A stretch of DNA of 64,000 nt from Auanema rhodensis (lineage: Eukaryota > Animalia > Nematoda): positions 10,106,001-10,170,000 of the forward strand of contig OZ059898.1 of NCBI GenBank assembly GCA_964057225.1, written 5' to 3'. A program made the position numbers and the translations under genes. Positions 1 through 12,729 of this stretch are shown piece by piece. Within the stretch, counting starts at the first letter, position 1. Every line of letters begins with the position of its first letter. The notes beneath the pieces were generated by a model. That model saw only the letters and a program-made list of their open reading frames with translations. It was not told where the DNA came from and made no database searches.

Positions 1-846
1 TGATAAGGGTGAAGCTTCTTGTATGCCTTCGAGGCTGGCTTCTACTGACAAAGTTTCTGTTGCGCGCTTACTGGGTGTTTTTGTCTTCCGCTTATTAGGG
101 ATATTCTTTTTGATCTTATCAGTGATTTTTGATAAGGTTGAAGGGTTGTCACTAAGTTGGGTGGGTTCTAAAGTTAGCGAATGTGGTTGATTAATAGGCG
201 TGGAAGACGCTTGCGGGCTTTGTGTTAACCCGAGGGATGGGGAAGGTGCGTTATCAGTGATAACTGATAAGTTCGACGCGTTTGGGTCTGAGGTTACCGG
301 TGAGGCAGATGCGGTTGTCGGCTTTTTCTTTTGAATTTTTCGCAAATTTTTATTAGTATCAACTGAGCGTACCTTGGGATTTGTAGTTGGAGTTTGAGTG
401 CTGTCGTCGGCTATGATGAAGTCCGGGTCTTCGTCGGTGTCGTCAGAAGGTGAATATGTACCTTCTCGGGGAGTATAGAACTTGTCGACTTGCGGCTTCG
501 GCTTCTCGTCTGGTTGGTGCGGTTCTTCTATTTGAACACTGAGAAGTCGGGTGCGGCTTCGGGTACGACTTGCGACAGTAGCGTCACTGTTGATATCGGA
601 CGGGTAAAGGGCTAGGAAAGCCGATGAGAATCTTTTGGCCACCTTTGTAGGACTTTTGGTTTGGAAAAACCGAAAATGGTGAGCTACGTGTGGGATGTTG
701 ATGTAAGGTGCGTAAGATTCTTTTAGATGTGTGTTGGGAGAGAGAGAGATTCGGGAGCAATAGGATAGTCGTGCTTCGCTGGGCGATGCGGAGGGTAAAT
801 GAGAGGGAGTTTTCCAAATCGTGGCCACCAATCTGACTCCGCCTAT
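1..846 (-). CDS. gag: N-terminal part of the E1 polyprotein (Gag N-terminal extension), partial, no ATG within the window
   Basis: Hand translation gives 282 open codons. IPHVAHHFRFFQTKSPTKVAKRF, TRSRTR, DKFYTPREGTYSP and KVRS match E3 IPHVTKHSRFFQTKSATKVDKRF, TRSRAR, DKFFTPRAGTYSP and KVRS. It is absent from the ORF track because it has no stop in the window. Confidence 0.8.
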   Translation of the reverse strand, partial: MGGVRLVATIWKTPSHLPSASPSEARLSYCSRISLSPNTHLKESYAPYINIPHVAHHFRFFQTKSPTKVAKRFSSAFLALYPSDINSDATVASRTRSRTRLLSVQIEEPHQPDEKPKPQVDKFYTPREGTYSPSDDTDEDPDFIIADDSTQTPTTNPKVRSVDTNKNLRKIQKKKPTTASASPVTSDPNASNLSVITDNAPSPSLGLTQSPQASSTPINQPHSLTLEPTQLSDNPSTLSKITDKIKKNIPNKRKTKTPSKRATETLSVEASLEGIQEASPLS

Positions 847-1058
847 CTACCGTAAGCTTATTATAGTTAATGATGTTTATCTCTTCTCAAAAACTATTTT
901 AATCCGCTCTTGCACTTTCCTCTAATTTTGTTTTCTTACTGCTCTAGAATCTTCAAAAAAAAAACTTTATTCATGTCGTCCCCTTTGTACTTTTGCGGCC
1001 TTTGGACATTTATTTTAAGGTTAGAAACAAAAGAAAAGAAAAGAAAGAAAGAAAAAAA

Positions 1059-1603
1059 ATGGATTTCCAACGTTATAATCCCACTGGCATGACTTATGTC
1101 CTGTGGAAATTATACGAATCCATCGTTGAATACGATGGAGAAGGAGTTTTGGCTTATAGGCCACATCCTGATATAATTTTGATGGTTTGTGTATCTCCAT
1201 TTTATGTTTGATTATTTGATTACTTTAGTTTATCGAAGATCTCCAAATGTATTATTTGGGGCAGGGCCATATAAACTTTGCCACCTTCGTAGATGTAGCT
1301 CCCGAAGTGGAGCTTGTTGGTCGAAGGTGCTTAGTTGATCTATGCGCTCATGTATATAATGGTAGGGCCGGTTTATTAACCGTACGTCCTTGGGCCTGGT
1401 ACCGGGAAAAGAGTCATTTTTATTATTATTTATTATATAGATTATTGTTTAAAATCTATATTGTTTATGATGACTCATTATTTGGTTTGGAACTTAGGGT
1501 TTCGCGAGGTTTAGAATATAGTGAAGATTTAATTGCGAGCGAAACTCCTATGTTTCTTGCCTCTGAGTTTCGAACTCGGTTGCAAATCAAATATGGGTAT
1601 TGA
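1059..1603 (+). CDS. Putative spliced ~166-aa gene of unknown function, antisense within the E1 leader (exons 1059-1184 and 1229-1603)
   Basis: ATG at 1059 in an A-rich context. A 44-nt GT...TTTAG intron (1185-1228) joins track ORFs 993..1211 and 1247..1603 in frame. AATAAA lies at 1607-1612, just after the TGA. Confidence 0.55.
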
Positions 1604-2575
1604 CTGAATAAAGTTTGTACTCTGTGTTTTTATTTTTGTGCACTTTGCTCTGTTTTCGTCAAGAAAATGGACTTATGTTTGCAATCTTTTCCTCATTCCT
1701 TTTCCCTTAAATAGCATGTTTTGCTCAAAATGTTTTCGACATTGTGCATGCTAATGAGGTTTGAGGAGAGTTATTGAAAAGGCTGTCCTTTTTCTTGATC
1801 AAAATAAGCAAAAGTGCGTTTTCCTAAGCGAATTTCTTTTTAAAATGAGAAAAATACGTCTATTTTTAAACATTTCCAATTTACTTAGGATTACTGTAGG
1901 AGATAAGGGGTATCTTATGAGTTGAAACAACGAAATGATTTGAGGAAGGTGACATAATCTACGGGGATAAAATCCGTAGCAGTTATGCTTCCGCCAACTT
2001 GACCTGACTGTCAAATAAGAGCTGAGAAGTCTTAATGCAGATTTACCAGGCTTTTTCGGACTAGTGTGGTCTCTTTTTATATTCAATTTATGTAACCGTT
2101 TTTGGTTTCCCGCAAAATAATATGTAAAATGATCTTTTACGTCTGAATATAATAATTTTTCAAAATTCTAGTCCTGACCACAAAATATACAAACTATAAT
2201 CAATTGCGCGCGTCTTATAAATTTTTGTTCCAATAATCAAACTTCTCTATGCCCAAAAAAAATGTGAACAATTATAATTTCTCGTTTGGCGAAATTGTCC
2301 TCTATTTCAAATCAAACGTCCTCAAAATGGCATGAGAAGCGGTACAAGATACGATAAGAAAAGGGTGGACATTCAGACGGTTTTAAATTGAGGACGGCGG
2401 GCAAAAATTTTATTGGTCCTATCTCGCATTTAAGCGAGATCCCTTGTATCTGTACCTTAAAACAAATTGGCGCCTTCATTTTGTTGTTTCAAGTGGAGGA
2501 ATTTATAATTTAGAATGCAAAAATGGACTTTTACAATAAAAAAAATTTTTTTTTTTTTTCAAAAGATGAGTTCGA

Positions 2576-2588
2576 GGTGGAACCTCCA
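2576..2588 (-). promoter_or_regulatory. E1 primer-binding site (tRNA-Gln type)
   Basis: TGGAGGTTCCACC directly after the LTR, complementary to the metazoan tRNA-Gln 3' end GGTGGAACCT-CCA. Confidence 0.85.
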
Positions 2589-2932
2589 CTTTCCGTTATG
2601 CTCCTGCGTCGATAATATAAACCATTGTAGTTTATACCATGACGCGAATAGTATTCCTTGGTGTAGCGGTAGGAATACAGAGCATAAGGTCAATCATAAG
2701 ATAAAATAGAGAAAGATTTATTAGCATGAAACTACAACAATAATATACAAAGATAAAGATACAATACAATAAGATAAATATAAGTATAAAGACTAAACTA
2801 CAAGCCGTCCATGAGCTTGCTAAGAGGCGAACTCCCGACCCAGGAAACGAGGGAAGGCGGAGCCATTCCTCGGTCCTCTGGTCGTCTGGCTCTAACCCTT
2901 CAGCTACATATATGGGGAGTCCGAATGGAACG
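2589..2932 (-). repeat. E1 5' LTR (344 bp)
   Basis: Bounded by the PBS and by satellite sequence; homologous to the E3 LTR. The partner LTR is outside the window. Confidence 0.85.
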
Positions 2933-3436
2933 AGAGAATTGTAAGTTTTAGAAAATAATTAAAAATAAGTTCTCTCTACTATTAACTGAATGTCGGCTAA
3001 AATAAGGTAACAGTTTTTATTGAAAGTTTCCATGATTAGGATTAAACAAAAAAAAGAATTAAAAAGAAACACTTCTTGTTTACTTACTTGATTATACTAC
3101 TTGAAATTCGAAAAAAATTAAAAAACAATTGAGAAAGCGACATAAACAGTTGAACGATTTGAAGAGAATTGTAAGTTTTAGAAAAGAATTAAAGTTCAGC
3201 TATCTCTACTATTAACTGAATGTCGGCTGAAATAAGGTAACAGTTTTTATTAAAAGTTTCCATGATTAAGATTAAACAAAGAAAAAAAATCAAAGAGAAA
3301 CACTTCTTGTTTACTTATTTGATTATAATACTTGAAATTCCAAAAACAGTAGGATAAAATAGAGAAAGCGACGAAAAAAGTTGAACTAAAACAGTCTTTA
3401 TAAAATATAAATGATATATTTTTATAAAAGTGAAGT

Positions 3437-3507
3437 TGCATCGGCCGGGAATCGAACCCGGGTCGCCCGCGTGGCAGGCTAGCATTCTACCACTGAACCA
3501 CCGATGC
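3437..3507 (-). tRNA. tRNA-Gly: tRNA-Gly(GCC), anticodon-stem variant (CTAGC instead of CTCGC)
   Basis: 71-nt cloverleaf with one substitution at 3480. Confidence 0.85.
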
Positions 3508-4074
3508 TTCGAAAATGTTAGATTGTTTCCGAAAAATTATGAAAAGTCAAGTTCTACTGATTTGAAGAGAACTGTAAGTTTTAGAAAATAATTAAAAATT
3601 AGTTCTCTCTACTATTAACTGATTGTCGGCTAAAATATGGTAACAGTTTTTATGAAAAGTTTCCATGATTAGGATTAAACAAAGAAAAAAGAATCAAAGA
3701 GAAACACTTCTTGTTTACTTATTTGATTATAATACTTGAAATTCCGAAAACAGTAGAATAAAATGAAGAAAGCGACAAAAACAGTTGAACGATTTGAAGA
3801 GAAATGTAAGTTTAAGAAAAGATTTAAAGTTTAGCTTTGTCTACTATTAACTGATTATCGGCTGAAATATGGTGACAGTTTTTTATTAAAAGTTTCCATG
3901 ATTAAGATTAAACAAAGAAAAAAAAAATCAAAGAGAAACACTTCTTGTTTACTTACTTGATTATAATACTTGAAATTCCAACAAAAATAAAGTAAAACTG
4001 TTAAAGCGAGTAAAACTGTTCAACTAAAACAGTCTTTATAAAATATAAATGATATATTTTTATAAAAGTGAAGT

Positions 4075-4145
4075 TGCATCGGCCGGGAATCGAACCCGGG
4101 TCGCCCGCGTGGCAGGCGAGCATTCTACCACTGAACCACCGATGC
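4075..4145 (-). tRNA. tRNA-Gly: tRNA-Gly(GCC)
   Basis: GCATCGGTGGTTCAGTGGTAGAATGCTCGCCTGCCACGCGGGCGACCCGGGTTCGATTCCCGGCCGATGCA; A and B boxes intact, no encoded CCA, TTTT terminator just downstream. Confidence 0.97.
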
Positions 4146-4477
4146 TTCGAAAATGTTAGATTGTTTCCGAAAAATTATGAAAAGTCAAGTTCTACTGATT
4201 TGAAGAAAATTGTAAGTTTTAGAAAAGAATTAAAGTTCAGCTATCTCTACTATTAACTGAATGTCGGCTGAAATAAGGTAACAGTTTTTATTAAAAGTTT
4301 CCATGATTAAGATTAAACAAAGAAAAAAAATCAAAGAGAAACACTTCTTGTTTACTTATTTGATTATAACACTTGAAAATCCAACAAAAGTAAAATAAAA
4401 CTGTGAAAGCGGGTAAAACTGTTGAACTAAAACAGTCTTTATAAAATATAAATGATATATTTTTATAAAAGTGAAGT

Positions 4478-4548
4478 TGCATCGGCCGGGAATCGAACCC
4501 GGGTCGCCCGCGTGGCAGGCGAGCATTCTACCACTGAACCACCGATGC
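4478..4548 (-). tRNA. tRNA-Gly: tRNA-Gly(GCC)
   Basis: Identical to the consensus copy. Confidence 0.97.
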
Positions 4549-5572
4549 TTCGAAAATGTTAGATTGTTTCCGAAAAATTATGAAAAGTCAAGTTCTACTG
4601 ATTTGAAGAGAATTGTAAGTTTTAGAAAATAATTAAAAATTAGTTCTCTCTACTATTAACTGATTGTCAGCTAAAATATGGTAACAGTTTTTATAAAAAG
4701 TTTCCATGATTAGGATCAAACAAAAAAAAGAATTAAAGAGAAACACTTTTTGTTTACTTATTTGATTATAATACTTGAAATTCCAAAAACAGTAGAATAA
4801 AATTGAGAAATCGACAAAAACAGTTGAACGATTTGAAGAGAATTGTAAGTTTTAGAAAAGAATTAAAGTTCAGCTATCTCTACTATTAACTGACTATCGG
4901 CTAGAATAAGGTAACAGTTTTTATTGAAAGTTTCCATGATTAAGATTGAACAAAAAAAAAATTAGAGAGAAACACTTCTTGTTTACTTACTTGATTATAA
5001 TACTTGAAATTCCAAAAACAGTAAAATAAAATTGAGAAAGCGACAAAAACAGTTGAACGATTTGAAGACAATTGTAAGTTTAAGAAAAGAATTAAAGTTT
5101 AGCTTTGTCTACTATTAACTGATTATCGGCTGAAATATGGTGACAGTTTTTTTTAAAAAGTTTCCATGATTAAGATTAAACAAAGAAAAAAAAATCAAAG
5201 AGAAACACTTTTTGTTTACTAATTTGATTATAACACTTGAAATTCCAACAAAAGTAAAGTAAAACTGTTAAAGCGAGTAAAACTGTTGAACAATTTGAAG
5301 ACAATTGTAAGTTGAAAAAAAAAATTAAAGTTTAGCTCTCTCTACTATTAACTGAATGTCGGCTAAAATATGATAACAGTTTTTATTAAAAGTTTTCATG
5401 ATTAAGATTAAACAAAGAAAAAAAATCAAAGAGAAACACTTCTTGTTTACTAATTTGATTATAACACTTGAAATTCCAACAAAAGTAAAATAAAACTGTG
5501 AAAGCGGGTAAAACTGTTGAACTAAAACAGTCTTTATAAAATATAAATGATATTTTTTTATAAAAGTGAAGT

Positions 5573-5643
5573 TGCATCGGCCGGGAATCGAACCCGGGTC
5601 GCCCGCGTGGCAGGCGAGCATTCTACCACTGAACCACCGATGC
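5573..5643 (-). tRNA. tRNA-Gly: tRNA-Gly(GCC)
   Basis: Identical to the consensus copy. Confidence 0.97.
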
Positions 5644-6901
5644 TTCGAAAATGTTAGATTGTTTCCGAAAAATTATGAAAAGTCAAGTTCTACTGATTTG
5701 AAGAGAATTGTAAGTTTTAGAAAATAATTAAAAATAAGTTCTCTCTACTATTAACTGATTGTCGGCTAAAATAAGGTAACAGTTTTTATTGAAAGTTTCC
5801 ATGATTAGGATTAAACAAAAAAAAGAATTAAAAAGAAACACTTCTTGTTTACTTACTTGATTATACTACTTGAAATTCGAAAAAAATTAAAAAACAATTG
5901 AGAAAGCGTCATAAACAGTTGAACGATTTGAAGAGAATTGTAAGTTTAAGAAAAGAATTAAAGTTTAGCTTTGTCTACTATTAACTGATTATCGGCTGAA
6001 ATATGGTGACAGTTTTTTATTAAAAGTTTCCATGATTAAGATTAAACAAAGAAGAAAAAATCAAAGAGAGACACTTCTTGTTTACTTATTTGATTATAAT
6101 ACTTGAAATTCCAAAAACAGTAGAATAAAATGGAGAAAGCGACGAAAAAAGTTGAACGATTTGAAGAGAATTGTAAGTTTTAGAAAAGAATTAAAGTTCA
6201 GCTATCTCTACTATTAACTGAATGTCGGCTGAAATATGATAACAGTTTTTATTAAAAGTTTCCATGATTAAGACTAAACAAAGAAAAAAAATCAAAGAGA
6301 AACACTTCTTGTTTACTTATTTGATTATAATACTTGAAATTCCAAAAACAGTAGAATAAAATAGAGAAAGCGACGAAAAAAGTTGAACGATTTGAAGAGA
6401 ATTGTAAGTTTTAGAAAAGAATTAAAGTTCAGCTCTCTCTACTATTAACTGAATGTCGGCTGAAATAAGGTAACAGTTTTTATTAAAAGTTTCCATGATT
6501 AAGATTAAACAAAGAAGAAAAAATCAAAGAGAGACACTTCTTGTTTACTTATTTGATTATAATACTTGAAATTTCAAAAACAGTAGAATAAAATAGAGAA
6601 AGCGACGAAAAAAGTTGAACGATTTGAAGACAATTGTAAGTTGAAGAAAAAAATTAAAGTTTAGCTCTCTCTACTATTAACTGAATGTCGGCTGAAATAA
6701 GGTAACAGTTTTCATTAAAAGTTTCCATGATTTAGATTAAACAAAGAAAAAAAATCAAAGAGAAACACTTCTTGTTTACTAATTTGATTATAACACTTGA
6801 AAATCCAACAAAAGTAAAATAAAACTGTGAAAGCGGGTAAAACTGTTGAACTAAAACAGTCTTTATAAAATATAAATGATATATTTTTATAAAAGTGAAG
6901 T

Positions 6902-6972
6902 TGCATCGGCCGGGAATCGAACCCGGGTCGCCCGCGTGGCAGGCGAGCATTCTACCACTGAACCACCGATGC
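6902..6972 (-). tRNA. tRNA-Gly: tRNA-Gly(GCC)
   Basis: Identical to the consensus copy. Confidence 0.97.
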
Positions 6973-7535
6973 TTCGAAAATGTTAGATTGTTTCCGAAAA
7001 ATTATGAAAAGTCAAGTTCTACTGATTTGAAGAGAATTGTAAGTTTTAGAAAATAATTAAAAATTAGTTCTCTCTACTATTAACTGATTGTCGGCTAAAA
7101 TATGGTAACAGTTTTTATGAAAAGTTTCCATGATTAGGATCAAACAAAAAAAAGAATTGAAGAGAAACACTTTTTGTTTACTTATTTGATTATAATACTT
7201 GAAATTCCAAAAACAGTAGAATAAAATTGAGAAATCGACAAAAACAGTTGAACGATTTGAAGAGAATTGTAAGTTTTAGAAAAGAATTAAAGTTCAGCTA
7301 TCTCTACTATTAACTGATAATCGGATAGAATAAGGTAACAGTTTTTATTAAAAGTTTCCATGATTAAGATTAAACAAAGAAAAAAAAATCAAAGAGAAAC
7401 ACTTCTTGTTTACTTACTTGATTATAATACTTGAAATTCCAACAAAATTAAAGTAAAACTGTTAAAGCGAGTAAAACTGTTGAACTAAAACAGTCTTTAT
7501 AAAATATAAATGATATATTTTTATAAAAGTGAAGT

Positions 7536-7606
7536 TGCATCGGCCGGGAATCGAACCCGGGTCGCCCGCGTGGCAGGCGAGCATTCTACCACTGAACCAC
7601 CGATGC
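7536..7606 (-). tRNA. tRNA-Gly: tRNA-Gly(GCC)
   Basis: Identical to the consensus copy. Confidence 0.97.
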
Positions 7607-7938
7607 TTCGAAAATGTTAGATTGTTTCCGAAAAATTATGAAAAGTCAAGTTCTACTGATTTGAAGAAAATTGTAAGTTGAAAAAAAAAATTAAAGTTTA
7701 GCTCTCTCTACTATTAACTGAATGTCGGCTAAAATATGATAACAGTTTTTATTAAAAGTTTTCATGATTAAGATTAAACAAAGAAAAAAAATCAAAGAGA
7801 AACACTTCTTGTTTACTAATTTGATTATAACACTTGAAATTCCAACAAAAGTAAAATAAAACTGTGAAAGCGGGTAAAACTGTTGAACTAAAACAGTCTT
7901 TATAAAATATAAATGATATTTTTTTATAAAAGTGAAGT

Positions 7939-8009
7939 TGCATCGGCCGGGAATCGAACCCGGGTCGCCCGCGTGGCAGGCGAGCATTCTACCACTGAAC
8001 CACCGATGC
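7939..8009 (-). tRNA. tRNA-Gly: tRNA-Gly(GCC)
   Basis: Identical to the consensus copy. Confidence 0.97.
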
Positions 8010-8806
8010 TTCGAAAATGTTAGATTGTTTCCGAAAAATTATGAAAAGTCAAGTTCTACTGATTTGAAGAGAATTGTAAGTTTTAGAAAATAATTAAAAA
8101 TTAGTTCTCTCTACTATTAACTGATTGTCGGCTAAAATATGGTAACAGTTTTTATGAAAAGTTTCCATGATTAGGATTAAACAAAGAAAAAAGAATCAAA
8201 GAGAAACACTTCTTGTTTACTTATTTGATTATAATACTTGAAATTCCGAAAACAGTAGAATAAAATGAAGAAAGCGACAAAAACAGTTGAACGATTTGAA
8301 GAGAATTGTAAGTTTAAGAAAAGATTTAAAGTTTAGCTTTGTCTACTATTAACTGATTATCGGCTGAAATATGGTGACAGTTTTTTATTAAAAGTTTCCA
8401 TGATTAAGATTAAACAAAGAAAAAAAAATCAAAGAGAAACACTTCTTGTTTACTTACTTGATTATAATACTTGAAATTCCAAAAACAGTAGGATAAAATA
8501 GAGAGAGCGACGAAAAAAGTTGAACGATTTGAAGAGAATTGTAAGTTTTAGAAAAGAATTAAAGTTCAGCTCTCTCTACTATTAACTGAATGTCGGCTGA
8601 AATAAGGTAACAGTTTTTATTAAAAGTTTCCATGATTAAGATTGAACAAAGAAAAAAAATCAAAGAGAAACACTTCTTGTTTACTAATTTGATTATAACA
8701 CTTGAAAATCCAACAAAAGTAAAATAAAACTGTAAAAGCGAGTAAAACTGTTGAAATAAAACAGTTTTTATTAAATATAAATGATATTTTTTTATAAAAA
8801 TGAAGT

Positions 8807-8877
8807 TGCATCGGCCGGGAATCGAACCCGGGTCGCCCGCGTGGCAGGCGAGCATTGTACCACTGAACCACCGATGC
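8807..8877 (-). tRNA. tRNA-Gly: tRNA-Gly(GCC), D-stem variant (TACAAT instead of TAGAAT)
   Basis: One substitution; the same variant occurs at 13598-13668. Confidence 0.85.
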
Positions 8878-9441
8878 TTCGAAAATGTTAGATTGTTTCC
8901 GAAAAATTATGAAAAGTCAAGTTCTACTGATTTGAAGAGAATTGTAAGTTTTAGAAAATAATTAAAAATAAGTTCTCTCTACTATTAACTGATTGTCGGC
9001 TAAAATAAGGTAACAGTTTTTATTTAAAGTTTCCATGATTAGGATTAAACAAAAAAAAGAATTAAAAAGAAACACTTCTTGTTTACTTACTTGATTATAC
9101 TACTTGAAATTCGAAAAAAATTAAAAAACAATTGAGAAAGCGACATAAACAGTTGAACGATTTGAAGAGAATTGTAAGTTTAAGAAAAGATTTAAAGTTT
9201 AGCTTTGTCTACTATTAACTGATTATCGGCTGAAATATGGTGACAGTTTTTTATTAAAAGTTTCCATGATTAAGATTAAACAAAGAAAAAAAAATCAAAG
9301 AGAAACACTTCTTGTTTACTTACTTGATTATAATACTTGAAATTCCATCAAAATTAAAGTAAAACTGTTAAAGCGAGTAAAACTGTTGAACTAAAACAGT
9401 CTTTATAAAATATAAATGATATATTTTTATAAAAGTGAAGT

Positions 9442-9512
9442 TGCATCGGCCGGGAATCGAACCCGGGTCGCCCGCGTGGCAGGCGAGCATTCTACCACTG
9501 AACCACCGATGC
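9442..9512 (-). tRNA. tRNA-Gly: tRNA-Gly(GCC)
   Basis: Identical to the consensus copy. Confidence 0.97.
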
Positions 9513-10538
9513 TTCGAAAATGTTAGATTGTTTCCGAAAAATTATGAAAAGTCAAGTTCTACTGATTTGAAGAGAATTGTAAGTTTTAGAAAATAATTAA
9601 AAATTAGTTCTCTCTACTATTAACTGATTGTCGGCTAAAATATGGTAACAGTTTTTATGAAAAGTTTCCATGATTAGGATTAAACAAAGAAAAAAGAATC
9701 AAAGAGAAACACTTCTTGTTTACTTATTTGATTATAATACTTGAAATTCGAAAAAAAGTAAAAAACAATTGAGAAAGCGACATAAACAATTGAACGATTT
9801 GAAGAGAATTGTAAGTTTTAGAAAAGAATTAAAGTTCAGCTATCTCTACTATTAACTGACTATCGGCTAGAATAAGGTAACAGTTTTTATTGAAAGTTTC
9901 CATGATTAAGATTGAACAAAAAAAAAATTAGAGAGAAACACTTCTTGTTTACTTACTTGATTATAATACTTGAAATTCCAAAAACAGTAAAATAAAATTG
10001 AGAAAGCGACAAAAACAGTTGAACGATTTGAAGACAATTGTAAGTTTAAGAAAAGAATTAAAGTTTAGCTTTGTCTACTATTAACTGATTATCGGCTAAA
10101 ATATGGTAACAGTTTTTTATTAAAAGTTTCCATGATTAAGATTAAACAAAGAAAAAAAAATCAAAGAGAAACACTTCTTGTTTACTTATTTGATTATAAT
10201 ACTTGAAATTCCAACAAAATTAAAGTAAAACTGTTAAAGCGAGTAAAACTGCTGAACGATTTGAAGACAATTGTAAGTTGAAGAAAAAAATTAAAGTTTA
10301 GCTCTCTCTACTATTAACTGAATGTCGGCTGAAATAAGGTAACAGTTTTTATTAAAAGTTTCCATGATTAAGATTAAACAAAGAAAAAAAATCAAAGAGA
10401 AACACTTCTTGTTTACTAATTTGATTATAACACTTGAAATTCCAACAAAAGTAAAATAAAACTGTGAAAGCGGGTAAAACTGTTGAACTAAAACAGTCTT
10501 TATAAAATATAAATGATATATTTTTATAAAAGTGAAGT

Positions 10539-10609
10539 TGCATCGGCCGGGAATCGAACCCGGGTCGCCCGCGTGGCAGGCGAGCATTCTACCACTGAAC
10601 CACCGATGC
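10539..10609 (-). tRNA. tRNA-Gly: tRNA-Gly(GCC)
   Basis: Identical to the consensus copy. Confidence 0.97.
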
Positions 10610-11632
10610 TTCGAAAATGTTAGATTGTTTCCGAAAAATTATGAAAAGTCAAGTTCTACTGATTTGAAGAGAATTGTAAGTTTTAGAAAATAATTAAAAA
10701 TTAGTTCTCTCTACTATTAACTGATTGTCGGCTAAAATATGGTAACAGTTTTTATAAAAAGTTTCCATGATTAGGATTAAACAAAAAAAAGAATTAAAGA
10801 GAAACACTTTTTGTTTACTTATTTGATTATAATACTTGAAATTCCAAAAACAGTAGAATAAAATTGAGAAATCGACAAAAACAGTTGAACGATTTGAAGA
10901 GAATTGTAAGTTTTAGAAAAGAATTAAAGTTCAGCTATCTTTACTATTAACTGACTATCGGCTAGAATAAGGTAACAGTTTTTATTGAAAGTTTCCATGA
11001 TTAAGATTGAACAAAAAAAAAATTAGAGAGAAACACTTCTTGTTTACTTACTTGATTATAATACTTGAAATTCCAAAAACAGTAAAATAAAATTGAGAAA
11101 GCGACAAAAACAGTTGAACGATTTGAAGACAATTGTAAGTTTAAGAAAAGAATTAAAGTTTAGCTTTGTCTACTATTAACTGATTATCGGCTGAAATATG
11201 GTGACAGTTTTTTTTAAAAAGTTTCCATGATTAAGATTAAACAAAGAAAAAAAAATCAAAGAGAAACACTTCTTGTTTACTAATTTGATTATAACACTTG
11301 AAATTCCAACAAAAGTAAAGTAAAACTGTTAAAGCGAGTAAAACTGTTGAACAATTTGAAGACAATTGTAAGTTGAAAAAAAAAATTAAAGTTTAGCTCT
11401 CTCTACTATTAACTGAATGTCGGCTAAAATATGATAACAGTTTTTATTAAAAGTTTTCATGATTAAGATTAAACAAAGAAAAAAATCAAAGAGAAACACT
11501 TCTTGTTTACTAATTTGATTATAACACTTGAAATTCCAACAAAAGTAAAATAAAACTGTGAAAGCGGGTAAAACTGTTGAACTAAAACAGTCTTTATAAA
11601 ATATAAATGATATTTTTTTATAAAAGTGAAGT

Positions 11633-11703
11633 TGCATCGGCCGGGAATCGAACCCGGGTCGCCCGCGTGGCAGGCGAGCATTCTACCACTGAACCACCGA
11701 TGC
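11633..11703 (-). tRNA. tRNA-Gly: tRNA-Gly(GCC)
   Basis: Identical to the consensus copy. Confidence 0.97.
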
Positions 11704-12729
11704 TTCGAAAATGTTAGATTGTTTCCGAAAAATTATGAAAAATCAAGTTCTACTGATTTGAAGAGAATTGTAAGTTTTAGAAAATAATTAAAAATAAGTT
11801 CTCTCTACTATTAACTGATTGTCGGCTAAAATAAGGTAACAGTTTTTATTGAAAGTTTCCATGATTAGGATTAAACAAAAAAAAGAATTAAAAAGAAACA
11901 CTTCTTGTTTACTTACTTGATTATACTACTTGAAATTCGAAAAAAATTAAAAAACAATTGAGAAAGCGACATAAACAGTTGAACGATTTGAAGAGAATTG
12001 TAAGTTTAAGAAAAGAATTAAAGTTTAGCTTTGTCTACTATTAACTGATTATCGGCTGAAATATGGTGACAGTTTTTTATTAAAAGTTTCCATGATTAAG
12101 ATTAAACAAAGAAGAAAAAATCAAAGAGAGACACTTCTTGTTTACTTATTTGATTATAATACTTGAAATTCCAAAAACAGTAGAATAAAATAGAGAAAGC
12201 GACGAAAAAAGTTGAACGATTTGAAGAGAATTGTAAGTTTTAGAAAAGAATTAAAGTTCAGCTATCTCTACTATTAACTGAATGTCGGCTGAAATATGAT
12301 AACAGTTTTTATTAAAAGTTTCCATGATTAAGATTAAACAAAGAAAAAAAATCAAAGAGAAACACTTCTTGTTTACTTATTTGATTATAATACTTGAAAT
12401 TCCAAAAACAGTAGGATAAAATAGAGAAAGCGACGAAAAAAGTTGAACGATTATAAGAGAATTGTAAGTTTTAGAAAAGAATTAAAGTTCAGCTCTCTCT
12501 ACTATTAACTGAATGTCGGCTGAAATAAGGTAACAGTTTTTATTAAAAGTTTCCATGATTTAGATTAAACAAAGAAAAAAAATCAAAGAGAAACACTTCT
12601 TGTTTACTAATTTGATTATAACACTTGAAAATCCAACAAAAGTAAAATAAAACTGTGAAAGCGGGTAAAACTGTTGAACTAAAACAGTCTTTATAAAATA
12701 TAAATGATATATTTTTATAAAAGTGAAGT

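Larger units (their letters stand above)
1..2932 (-). mobile_element. E1: 5' part of a Ty3/Gypsy LTR retrotransposon related to E3 (runs off the window start)
   Basis: LTR 2589-2932 aligns with the E3 LTR (shared CGTTCCATTCGGA start and GAGCATAACGGAA near the end). It is followed by PBS TGGAGGTTCCACC, a ~1.7-kb leader and an ORF homologous to the E3 N-terminus. Confidence 0.9.

Noticed and set aside
1382-1440. Second intron in the E1 antisense gene
   Set aside because: The AT-rich stretch ends in TATAG, but both candidate donors (1382, 1399) give an immediate or near-immediate stop while the unspliced frame stays open; unresolved without RNA data.
4075-4145. tRNA-derived SINE interpretation of the cassette
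   Set aside because: The tRNAs are full-length, intact and followed by a TTTT terminator, with no SINE body, tail or per-copy TSD; they are amplified in tandem.
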